DNA of 54,323 nucleotides, counting the filler, from Sphacelaria rigidula (lineage: Eukaryota), in assembly GCA_964200075.2 (NCBI GenBank). It is 5 parts of 5 records of this genome, joined end to end, with 100 filler letters (N's around TTAATTAATTAA, not from the genome) between each part and the next. Parts side by side here need not be neighbours in the genome. Positions count along the whole stretch, not along the records: positions 1 to 10,786 come from CAXNAA020005915.1; positions 10,887 to 21,671 come from CAXNAA020005916.1; 3 more parts are not named here. The stretch is one strand, 5' to 3'. The notes beneath the pieces are model-generated. The model had not been told where the DNA came from. It did not search any database and saw only the letters and a list, made by a program, of their open reading frames with translations. Numbering within the stretch: position 1 is the first letter of the stretch; each line of letters starts with the position of its first letter. Below are positions 1-11,237 of this stretch, piece after piece. The translations under genes were made by a program, and so were the position numbers.

Positions 1-1543
1 CGTGGAGGGGGCACCCCCGGTCCCCGCCGGGCCGGGGATGGAGGGGGGGGGGGGGGGGAGGGGGTGGCGCCAGCATTTCTAAAAAGTGACATGCACGTTC
101 GACCATCGAAACGTGACGGATCAGAAGTGCGTCCCCGATACATTTGGAGAGTGCCGCTCATGAATGATGTCTCCGTGAATAGCAATAGGGTACACACAAC
201 GAGAATAGTTGCAAGTGTTGCGAATTGCTGGCGTGTGGCGACAAAACCTCTGGCTTCGAGCTTTCGAGAAAGGCCGCTATATATCGCCCGGTAACCTTTT
301 GCGCGCCAACATGAAGTCAAGGGCAGTGCTGCCGTGCGAATGATACATGCAGTACCCTCATTAAATCACGGTTCAAACGCTCCAGTCAGTCGTCGACGAC
401 GTGCGATAACGGAACGACTATGTCTGCAGTACGGTTGGCGCCGACGCGTATTACCGTAGCTCCACAAAAACGGGAGGAATTCCTGTCGAAACAAGCGGTT
501 TGCGCTTGTAGCCAGGCAGAGACTAGGCTTGGAGCTATTGCGAATGCGCTAGAATTCCCTGTGTGTGTCGCCCGGCTGCGCAGGCAGATCGTTGGATCGC
601 AACAGTCTTCGCGCTCACTTTGTCCGCAAACCGAAAAAAAAAAAAAAGACCAAGACGTTATGGTGCGTCATCCATTCCGCCGCGTGGTAACAACAAACAG
701 TTCTCTTCGTGGCCCCGATCGTACGTACGAATCACAGCAAACATGCGGCAGAGCTTCCGCGGTGTCAGTAGCCAGTAGGACTACACATTCTCGGTAAGGC
801 TGGCCCTAATCAAAGGATGGTCGTGGCCGGGTGGATTCTGTTGTCAGTACACGCTTTCTGTCGTGCAGTGCCATTATTTTACACGGCAAACACAACTCTA
901 CCGCTCGGGAAACAAGAACACTTCTTCACCTATGACGTGCACGATTCGAAAGTCATCCCGTGATTTTTCAATGAAAAACAAACAAACTCCAACAGCAACT
1001 TTTTCGATGAGTATTGTGTACCCCTTGTTCAAAAACCGCTAAAACAACAAAAACAACAAAAAACACCAGCCACCCATCCCATCATGACCATAACTTCTCC
1101 ATTTCGTTGGACCTCCCATGAACAGTGGCCGTGGCCAGTAGACGTGCACCAGTCGTCATGGTCAAAGGATGTCGGTGCACGGTTTTCCCCCCCGATGCGT
1201 CATTCTGAAGGGTGCTGAAATGTTCGAACATGAATGACTCCATATATCACTAGCGCGACCACCTTCCCCGTTATTTTTCGCATTGCGACGGCCAATGTGC
1301 AACTAGTCGTACCGCATGTAAGCAGAGATATAACACGTGGCACACGCGTGTGGCAACGGCTATCCACACCTAGGCCTTACTCACCTCTCTCATCAAAAAT
1401 AACTAGGCAGAGCCTCACAAAGAAATCCCGCCAGACTGGCGTCAACCCAAAGACTCGAGTGACCCATCACGTTAGCCCTCGACAAAATAACCATTTCAAT
1501 CCATCTTGCAAAAACAAAACCGAAAGGCAAGTCAAGTTCTTGC

Positions 1544-3749
1544 CTGATCGGTGTAGGTAGTCGATCGGGTTGAGGGGAAAGTCGAACATCAAAACGTGCT
1601 CAACGTCCGGCATGTCAAGCCCTCGGGCAGCGATGTCCGTGCACACCTGGAACCGGGACGAGAAACGAAACCAACCCAGGTGCGGACGAAATAACGATTC
1701 GTGTGGAAATTTATTGGTTTTCGTGTAATTGATTCGTACCGCATGAATCAATCCTTGGGCTTTGTTTTCAGCGTTGCAACCCAGGCACGCGCAGCTCAGG
1801 CACGTGGAACGGCGCAACGATCGCGTGGAGATCTCTGTGGTCAGCAGTCAGCTTTGTTCTCTCTTTCGAGCAATCAGGCCTGAAAAATTGTGAATTTGGT
1901 GATTTCCAAACGGCGATGATTCGTCCCAACCGTGAAGCCATATTGTCATCAACATCGACAAGGCTGCGGGCGGAAAAGCACAGGGAAGCGCGGACGGTCA
2001 TGGCGACCGAAAAACAGCAAAAACTGTAAATGCTAGACCCCACATACTCCTGGTACACACCACAACGGGGACGAACGTTGCACAAATCCCATCAAACATC
2101 CCACGAGCCTCATCAACATTTCCCTGAAACCTTCATGAACTTCGTGAGAATCCAAATGACTGTCAAAAAAACATCTTCACTCGAGAGGGGCTGGGGGGTC
2201 ACCAAACCAACACTCACACGAGAAAAAAACGCGGTGGAACCAATTCCTTACAGCAGTAGTAGCAGAATTCACCCCCAACACACCTCTACCCGCCCCCCGC
2301 CCCGCCTGTTGCGGGCGATCGAAAGAACGAAACGAAACACAAAAATTCACTCACCAAGTAGTCCGCCTCGCCTGCCTTGAACCTTTCTAGGTTGCTGACG
2401 CGTTCCCCGCTGGGAACCTCTCCGTGGTACGACAAGGCCGCCACGTCCACCTCGCGGAGGGCAAACTCCGCAGCACGACAGCTTTTTACCGTGTTACAGA
2501 ACACTATTGTGCGCTTGTATTCTCTGTTGGTGGAGGGGAACGGTAACGGGAACGGAGGCAGAAAGAGAAGCAAGGTGGGAAAAGTGTGCATTGGGGTTCA
2601 ACTTCCATCAAAGGAGACACATATGTGTATGAACCACGGCATTCATACATCACATAAACCACGCTCTTACGGTGCACTCGTCAACCCTTGCCGCCCCCTC
2701 TCACACACATCTCCTACTCAGTACAGGGGCGAAGGCGAGCGGAGGGTGGTGAAAAAAAAACGAAAAGATTGAATTTGAATTTCAAGTAAACCCATTACTC
2801 AAATGATTTTATTAGCTTGGTTTGTTTCCAAGCGCTTCGAAAAGTTATCATGTGGAAAGAAGCATTGTTTCTGAACGGACGTCGAGGAAAACTCGTTCTT
2901 TTTCCGGTTCTTATACCCCGTGAAAACTTCGCTGCACAGCAGACTCACTTGTGGCTCTGCTGCACCACGTCGATGAGCGCCGTCATCTTATCCCTCCCCT
3001 TGATGTCGATCATCACGTGCTTCAACGACGGGAGCGAGTGGTGTACGTCCCGCGTCTCCAACATGCGCACCTGGGGAGAGGGGAAGGACATATATCTGTC
3101 AATAACACACGTCGGACAGATCATGATCCGCCTGAAAATTACTTCTTCTCAGTATACTGATCCGGATCATGATCCAGATCATTTGGACCCCCTTTTTCCC
3201 ATGTTTTGCTCCTTACAGCGCCGGACGCTGAGCACGCCGAGTGGCGCGAAGGTTGCGCTTTGGGCTTTCCTGACTCCGCGCTGTCACGTATTTTGTGTTT
3301 GGCAGGCCAACATATTCCAGAGCCTCATTTAATTGGTTGGTTCAGACAGATCATCATCTACCCGACGTGTGCAATAGGTACAGGAATATTCCACACATTA
3401 CATTAAAAATCACGGCGGTATTCCATCTTTCTACCGTTCCAATTTCTCGAGTTTCCTTCAGGGAGTGTCTCTGTATCGTTTACCATGACGACGTCCATCT
3501 CGTGTCTACTCGTGACTACGGCTATACGCACTTCTCGGAGTTAATGTAATATGTGGCAACCAATCAATCAATTGATAGATTACTCCGCGCGCGCGGGGGT
3601 GTACTCATGATCATGCATGCCGTAGTCACGCGCGCGCGCGCGGGGGGGGGGGGGGGGGGGGGGTTTGTCCCCACGTTGGGGTGGGTGGGGGGGGGCTTTT
3701 TGTCGGTCTATCTTCCCCCCNNNNNNNNNNGCGTGGGCGCGGGGGGGGG

Positions 3750-3784
<35 letters not shown>

Positions 3785-4752
3785 GGGGGGGTATTGGTCT
3801 GACTGTTGTGGATGTAGGTGTAGAGATTTTTGTTGGTTAGGTTGACCTCATGGATCGCTACACCGTTGCGAACATTCCGGGCGAATATATGTGTTCCTGT
3901 GGGCTGGTCATCAGTGGTTGACCGTACTGTTCTTCTCACCATACCAGCGGCGACGCAGATAAACACAACCCGCCTCACTTTCTTGTAGACCGAGCCACTG
4001 TCAAGGCTTGTCCCGCGGACCAGAGACCTCTAACACGGAAAGAAATATCATTTTGGTTTGCTCTGACAAGAGTAACTAGCATGTATTATTTACATATCTA
4101 TATAAATATTGATGCAGAGTCAAGCGGTGCACACATGAAAATAACTTTGGGTAGAACTGCGAGTAAAACGTTCCGTCACAAAACAACACAAGAACAAACT
4201 GCAATCGTCTCCTCAAAACGATTCACGAATACCCAATATAACGTGTGTTTCCTGCATTCCAAACAACAAGCTCTCAATTACTCCAGCACTAGCTCCGCAA
4301 CATCACCCAACGCCGCGATCACCACAGCCTGCTGCTCAGAAAGCCAAACCCGACCTCTAGATAAGCGACTGCTCCACGGCAAATTCAACGTCTCTTGTTG
4401 GTCAAGAACATTGAGACCCTTCTCCACCACTCCCTCCTCGCCCATGCTGTAGTTGGTCGCCATGTTACCTTCCTACGCGGCTGCCTTGCGTACCAGAGGT
4501 ATCTCAAACTCGGCTCCCGGTATCCTGGTTGATTCGCTGGCTCTGAGTGGTGTACTATTTTTTCAAGTGAAAGTGATCGCGACTCATAGGAGGACCTAAC
4601 CTGACGGTGAAGGGGTCCCATCATCTGATGAATCGCCATCACTTTCACTTCAAAAAAATAGGACAAAACAAATCACGATACCAGGAGCCGAGTTTGAGAG
4701 ACCTCTTATACGGCTGGTTTGTGCATCGCGAGTACAAAGGGTGATCTATCTG

Positions 4753-4820
<68 letters not shown>

Positions 4821-7815
4821 TTTGTAGGTATGTTGGCCACTGTTTTCGGGGCGCTTTCATTTTTCACGTCACAGTAGGAACAGACAAACGTTACCCTGCC
4901 GCGGCCGGTACACGATAAAAGGCAGTACATTTAGTACCATAGCCTGTTCAGTATAGTGCAGATTGCTGTGAGGTCTGTACACGTGATGACACTGGACACG
5001 GGAGACGGCCCTGTTTGCCCCCCCCAGTGTGGGAGCGTCACTGAAAGTGACTCGTGTTCAGGTTGCAATGTAACCCGAGATGATGGGGAGAACAAGAGTC
5101 AACAGAGTGGTTTTCTTTGGGGTCGATAAAAAATACGAAATATGCAGGGTAAACGCGCAACAGAAGCGACTTTTGGCCATTACGGACAACCGAACGTGTG
5201 CGACAAAGAGCCGGGACTGCTGCTTCTCTTGCGTCTGCGGGGGTCTACATCGAAGGTTTTCACACGTCGGAAAACTCAACTCAACTTGACTCGAGTTGAC
5301 TCATTGTCGTGCAACTCAGCGCTGAGTCAGACCGTATCGCTTGTCGAGTTACACCGTGTAACTCAGTGGCGCCTATTTCCACCCGCTGAGTTGTATGGTA
5401 TATCCCAGCGGTACGTATTTCCACACGCTGGGTTCCCAGCGGTACGTATTTCCACACGCTGGGTTATACGGTATAACTCCGCGCTACCATGATCTACTGG
5501 CTACATTGTACGAGTATCTCAGTGGTACATTTTTCAGCTGGCGAAGTTTCACCACAAAACCGAGTTATCTCGTGAGTTGTCTGACGTGTGCAAAGGTTTC
5601 GGTCCAAACGTCCGTGGGTGTCCCATTTACGGGGTGCGAAACCCTCGCGGTAGAGAGTAAAAGAATCATGTGTGGCTCTTCACGTCTGCGGATGTCGCCT
5701 CACAACTGCCGAGCAAAATTCCAGTCATGTTTTCCCATCATTTTCAGGCGCTCCCGCACTATGTCTGGCCATTTCAGGTACCGGAGTATTCTGGCACAGT
5801 TTCGGGGGAGAAAGTGGACACTTCCAGGTATATCTGGTGCGTTATCGGTAATTTTTGAGTTTTTTATCGCCGTCTCGGCCAATCAGATGGTCACATTTTG
5901 GGGTGGCATTTCATGTCTGTACGGAGCTGTACCTGGAAATGTCTGAGAAGTTGTTGTTGTTGCTGTTGTTGTTGTCTTCACATTAAAAACCGTTCCAGTG
6001 TCTCATTCGTACCGGGCATCTGATGCGAACGCCTTCCGTGGTCGCAGGCTAGCAAAAGAACATTATAAAAAAATATGTAGACCCAGATGAAAACTCACAA
6101 AACGTGATACTAGCAAAACAGGGATATGCTCATGCCGTATGAGATCATGCAGTACAATACAGAACAGTACAGTACAGCGGGGTGAAGTGCGCAAGACTAT
6201 ACAACGCACATGTTGATTTTTTTTTCTTTTTTTTTCACGTCTTAGTCTACTACAGTATGTCGTTATGTTCGGGGTTTTTTTCTGCTCCTTCGTTTTCTTG
6301 AACGAGTGTTTCAGTTTTGCTTTTTGTTGGGTACGTCTATCATGCGACCACGGCCGGACCCCTGGGTGGCCAGTTAAAGTGCGACAATCAATCAATCAAT
6401 TACACTTACTAAACGTGATCATTGACCAAAAATATACAAGCAAACGTGGTGAACACAGCAGAAAACATATTTTCCCCGCACCTTTGGAAAGTTTCCCTCG
6501 TCCAGGAGCTTCCTCACCGCACGAGTGAGGGTGGCGGTCACGAACACGAACTGCGCGTCGGCGCGGGCAGGATTGGTCAGAATGGGCTTGGTCAAGCCCT
6601 CGATGTCCGCCGCGAAGCCCTGCGTCATCATCGTGTCCACCTCATCCACAATTACGTGCGACACCTGGCTCATGAAAAAGTTTCCTTGCTCTTTGTGCTT
6701 GAGCAGGCGCCCTGAGGTGGCGAGAGACAGCGCAACGGTTGGGAGAAGGAAGGGGGCGGAACATGACAAAGCTACCAACTCTTCCAGGCCACGGGTGAAA
6801 TCATGTACCCGCGTGTGGTGTGCCGTCACGCCTTGTGCGTACCCACCATTGAGAAGTTGTATGTTCTTATTACTACCTCTGTGTAACCTGACCCGCTTAC
6901 TAATAACACCGGGCTAGTCAACCCGGACCGTCTCCGCGGGTCTGTCACCCCGGGCCTGTCATTCTCCAACCCCTAGTCCGGGCTCGTCATATTCTCGTCT
7001 GGGAGGCTCCCTGTCCGGAGCCCTCCCTACGGGCCCACTCTGAGTTTCAACCGAAGCCCTGCCTTTCAAAGTTCGTCCAGCCCAAGTCCACGTCTCGGCT
7101 CAGTACACTCCGTATCCTGGCACCGAGTGAGAAGCTACGACCTGCATACACCCACTGTCCGAGTAGGATGAGTCACACTCACTGTCCGACTGTGTCTTAC
7201 ACTACACGGGAATCAATCTGCATCAACTCAGCCGCAGGTCCCGAGTTGCCACACTACAGCCGATGATAACCCGCTCGGCTGCGTACTCTGCAGGGACATC
7301 GAGGCAACAACCGACATATGAGCATTCTCATCTCTCGATTGACACTATCACCAACGATGCCGGGTAAGACACAGGGACTACTATCCACCCCAACGCACTA
7401 ACACACACGCAAACATCTCTGACATTTGCGCAATATACAGAGCACTCAGCACAAGATCAATCCAGCCGAGGCAGCAAATGGAAAAAGCACAAGTCTACCC
7501 CTCCTTCTCGTCCCCAACCTCCGCCCATTCGTTCCTCTTCGCGGTTGCCTCATAGGGTTGACAAAAAAAAAAAAACGCACCAGGAGAAGCGACGACAACG
7601 TCAACCGTGCCGGCGAGCTGTTTCTTCTGCTTGCCGTAGTCCTCCCCGCCGATCACGCCGCACGACGAAAACTTGCACGTGCGAGATAGCTTCTTGGCAA
7701 CCTCCAAGACCTGAATGGCAAGCTCTCGGGTGGGTACCAGCACGAGGGCTCTCGGCCGCTGGGTTCGTCGGACAGGGTCGGCATGACCAGAGGTGACGCC
7801 TTGCTGCATCTGCAT
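1544..7815 (-). CDS. DEAD-box RNA helicase, RH39/DDX28-like (partial, 5 exons)
   Basis: Phase-consistent exons 7815-7581, 6711-6482, 3070-2949, 2523-2355, 1646-1544. Motifs: Ia PTRELA, Ib VVASPGR, II DEVD, III TAT, IV IVFCNT, V CTDIAARGLD, start of VI YLHRSG. YHGEVP..RV.NL..FK and MFDFP.N.IDYLHR resemble plant RH39 (from recall). Exons for the Q motif/motif I and the C-terminus were not found in this contig. Confidence 0.92.
1720..1940 (+). repeat. Dispersed repeat, copy 1 (second copy at about 8655-8870)
   Basis: GTAATTGATTCGTACCGcAtGAATCAATCCTTgGGCTTTG...GGCACGTGGAA...GCGTGGAGATCT...CGGCGATGATTCGTCC is shared by both copies. Confidence 0.8.
4495..4706. mobile_element. Small MITE / foldback
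   Basis: Terminal inverted repeats AGAGGTATCTCAAACTCGGCTCCCGGTATC / GATACCAGGAGCCGAGTTTGAGAGACCTCT, plus an internal inverted pair (AAGTGAAAGTGAT / ATCACTTTCACTT). Confidence 0.75.
4755..4818. repeat. (TG)32 microsatellite
   Basis: Read directly from the sequence. Confidence 0.95.
5261..5590. mobile_element. MITE with AACTC/GAGTT subterminal motifs
   Basis: TIRs CACACGTCGGAAAACTC / GAGTTGTCTGACGTGTG. Both flanks contain AAGGTTT (possible 8-9 bp TSD). Internal 31-bp tandem duplication at 5403-5464. Confidence 0.6.
5950..6210 (-). mobile_element. Probable LINE/SINE 3' end with (CAA)n tail
   Basis: On the - strand it ends ...TTAATGTGAAGACAACAACAACAGCAACAACAAC. Short-repeat tails are typical of non-LTR retroelements; family not identified. 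Confidence 0.5.
6304..6400 (+). mobile_element. Non-LTR retroelement 3' end with (CAAT)n tail, copy 1
   Basis: TGGGTACGTCTATCATGcGACCACGGCcGGAcCCCTGGGTGGcCAGTTAAAGTGCGACAATCAATCAATC, also found at 27712-27826 and 49695-49784. Confidence 0.75.
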
Positions 7816-8654
7816 CTAGAAGGAAAGAAAAAATATATATATATATATATATATGTTTTGCAAAAAAATGGCAACACACATAAACCGCAAAAAATGAATA
7901 AGACGGAATGAACTACTTGAACTAATGGTGAAACAAAAGCAAGGAAGAGAGGTCAAGTTAAGTAAGGTTAGGTGAGACAGGAGTCAAGACGAAGGGGCGA
8001 CAAGGAGGACAAACACAAAAGAACGAGACACTTGAAGCATTGATTTGTTGGTCCCTCTTGCTACGTGAATAACCTTCAACAAATCAACATCTTTTTTTGC
8101 TGTGCAAGTGGATAGTGAAGGATGAACACATCACACAAGCTTTTTTTGTGGGCGGCTAGTAGACGTTCCATTCACATTCCACACAAATGAACTAGAATCT
8201 CGTGGTTATCTCCCCCCAGGGGGAAACTGTTGGCCACAGACGGCGAAACAGGACGGGAATAAGATATGTAAAAGGGCATTTGTGTCATGTATGAAAGAAA
8301 CGTGATGAGCGCCCAAAAGTTGGCGGTGTCTCTACTAGGAGTAGGAACGGCGCTCCGCCTTGGCAGGGATGCGCGGTCACTGGTCGAATGACTAGAGCAA
8401 ACAACAAATGAGCACACACCCCGTCGTGAAGCATTCTTCCAAAACGACCAGCCCTCCGACACACTCTTGTAGGTAGGCTAACAAGCTTTGGTTCTGAAAG
8501 CTGTACATCTTCGCCGTGCTACACCACCACCCCTATCCCCTGCCATTTCAAAGACAGAAAAAAAAAAAAGATTTTTCGACAATGCCCGAACGTCAGTGTA
8601 AACCTTTCAAGGTCGGACAAATTGATGATTCGTCTGGGAATGACTTGATTTTAG

Positions 8655-8870
8655 TGTAATTGATTCGTACCGTACGAATCAATCCTTAGGCTTTGCTTTC
8701 AGTGTTGCAACCCAGATACGCGCAGCCCTGGCACGTGGAATGGCGCAAAAGTTGCGTGGAGATCTGTTTGGCCAGCGGCCATTGCTTCCCTTTCTCGAGC
8801 AACCCGAAGGCTGACAAATCGTGGATTTCCTGATTCGAACCGGCGATGATTCGTCCGAATCGTGAAACCT
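8655..8870 (+). repeat. Dispersed repeat, copy 2
   Basis: Diverged direct copy of 1720-1940. Confidence 0.8.
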
Positions 8871-10446
8871 TTGAGCTCACGCGAATGGACAACCGAGTAT
8901 TACAAGCACTTTTCGAGTCGACATAAATGCCGACTGAACAGATGACAACGCCTGGGCGGTCAAGAGGTCAAAAACAACATTTGCGACGGTATCCGATTGT
9001 CTTGGTCGGTACTTGGTTCACACGAACTCCATAGCCCGCCGCTTCGGCTTTTCTAAACATTCCATCCCTAGACAAAATGTGGTTAATATGATAGTTGCAA
9101 TAAACAAAATAAACGTCGACAATAGTTGCAACAGGAGGCCTATACTTTGCGCAGTACATTTTTTTTTGTCTATTGCAACTATTGACCGTCTATTGTCCAG
9201 TGTGTGGAACATTCGCAGCACACAGATAGCGCACTCACCCCACCCGCCTCCGAAATTGGCGAGGTGAATAGATTTCGATCATATTCCGTGTAGGATCATA
9301 TTTTATATCGCGTGCCAGAACATAATGTGCCCAGCTGGGAAATTTCCCCCGACACTTTTGCGTGCATATTTTCACGCTCTCGTTTGATCGGGCATCTGCC
9401 GAGGTGGGCAGACCGCATCCCTGGCCGCTTAGATTTTAGGAGTTGGAGAACCCGCTGCGGATTTATTCCGGCCTGTTGTGCGTATGCTCGGCCGATTGCG
9501 TTCCTTACCGATAATCTACCCCCGACCGACCACTCCTACCTCAAGGTCGTCCGTCACGTCGCTTGCCTGGTAGCCGTGACACATACTGCTGCTGTACCTA
9601 TGCACCATCATCCAGCGGCATATATGCTAGCAGGTTGCACGACAGCGTACGCATATATATATATATGTATATCTTTATTTATTTGTCGTACTCCGAACGC
9701 CTCCTCTTTCTCCGGACGAGTCCGTCGTCTCAAGGGATCAACCCATCCCTCCCCGGTATATACCGGACGTTGGCTCAGCAAACAAGTTAGCCTTTTCCGT
9801 ACAGTGCCGTGTTTCGAACCACGTGCTGCACACACAGGGATACTCCTTATTCATCAAGCATGAGTTGATAATGTGTTGTGTTTGTGGACAACCTATCGTA
9901 ACGACTACACCCACTTGTTATTCCGTGATCCGAATGCCTTGGTGAGCGACGTAGTCGTTTGTGTCAAAGAAACTCGAATACTCTTGAAACTCCTTCCCCA
10001 GCGGACTGCATTTCTGATACTCGGGGGGGTGGTGAGGGGATGGTTATCTTACGCGGGATGAAGGGCGTCTTTGGGTGGCAAATTATTGATGATTCACGGT
10101 TGGGTCGGACGATACACGGGTTTTTTTCATGCTCCGAGTCGATTTTCGAGATCACCGTTTGTGCTGTTTGCTGTTGAATTTTTTATCGTGTGCCTGTTTC
10201 CTTGTTTCGCGTGCCCTTGTCTGGCTAAGGTCTACATTTTTTGTGGTTCGGAAGATATGTTGTGATGCCGAAAACCTTGTAGCTCCTCGAGGGGTTTTGC
10301 AGTCACTACGCACCAGAATGGGCTAAAGTGATCATTCTGGGGGAGCGGAATATCTCGGGCGTGCGTGACTGGGTGTGGCACCTAATATTTCGTTGAAACC
10401 GAACGGCGATCTTGAATATTTTTTTGTAGTTTACATGGTTGCCGCC

Positions 10447-10570
10447 GCCCCCCGGTGGTGTAATGGTCCGACTGTCGCCATTAGGATGGAGAGAACGAGG
10501 GTTCGATTCCCGATGCATTGGGGTTTTTGTTAGTTATACCTGATTTTCACCGTGGAAAGCATGAGAAGGT
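10447..10570 (+). mobile_element. tRNA-derived SINE head or tRNA pseudogene
   Basis: A box TGGTGTAATGG and B box GGTTCGATTCC at tRNA-like spacing, but the anticodon and T stems do not pair. Confidence 0.55.
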
Positions 10571-10599
10571 GAGTAGTCAAAGTAATCCACTGAGTTTGT

Positions 10600-10718
10600 T
10601 TGACGTGAGTTGACGCGGTGCGGGAGTGCTGACCCAATCCGCGAGATCAAAATGCAAGGCGTGAAAACGGGGGAAAGATGGGATGATCCCCTGAGACCAC
10701 GGACTCGTCCCGAGGAAC
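10600..10718 (-). repeat. Dispersed short repeat family (related copies at about 9705-9755, 29305-29430, 39175-39220 on +)
   Basis: Shared core TCCTCGGGACGAGTCCGTGGTCTCAGGGGATCAACCCATC. Confidence 0.65.
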
Positions 10719-10786
10719 GGGGGTGTACTCATGATCATGCATGCCATAGTCATAAGACCATAGACCTTGCATCCCTACAATGCCGG

Positions 10787-10886
10787 NNNNNNNNNNNNNN
10801 NNNNNNNNNNNNNNNNNNNNNNNNNNNNNNTTAATTAATTAANNNNNNNNNNNNNNNNNNNNNNNNNNNNNNNNNNNNNNNNNNNN
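10787..10886. other. Artificial contig linker
   Basis: N44-TTAATTAATTAA-N44, which gives stops in all six frames. Confidence 0.97.
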
Positions 10887-11237
10887 GGTCAATGGTCAAA
10901 CGACTAAGGCAAGCAACAACTGAGTACGCCCCCCACTCCCCCCCCCGTCTCCACATCTGTTGATTTAGTTTCAATGTAGAGACAATCTGCTGTTTTTTCC
11001 AGGCAACCATTTCCAAAGCGTAGATCGCAACGACAGCACATCCTGCCTGTTTCACTGCAAAGATCGGTAGTTCATACTGTCTGTTTGCTGGCCCACTTAC
11101 TCTCAGAGTCTCTCATGCCCTCAACTCCCGGGTTGTCGTCGAGAGTACGTGCTGTGAAACCGTGATGCGTGCTTCGACGTTTACATACAGAAATGATGAT
11201 ATCACATTTTTCCAATCACGGTTTCCGCTGTGGTCAG

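Noticed and set aside
3640..3792. Poly-Gly/poly-Pro ORFs and G-quadruplex-like runs (also 25460-25625, 32470-32540)
   Set aside because: Homopolymer runs abut N gaps and are probably low-quality sequence or assembly artefacts.
4278..4463. Extra helicase exon or nested gene (MATNYSMGEEG...)
   Set aside because: The flanking helicase exons join in frame without it, no family is recognisable, and it abuts a MITE.
6880..7373. Solo LTR
   Set aside because: TG...CA ends and weak terminal inversion are visible, but there is no matching TSD and no second copy in the window.
10447..10525. Functional tRNA gene (also 31696-31770, 48312-48385, 33225-33250)
   Set aside because: Promoter boxes are present but the cloverleaf stems do not pair; better explained as SINE heads.
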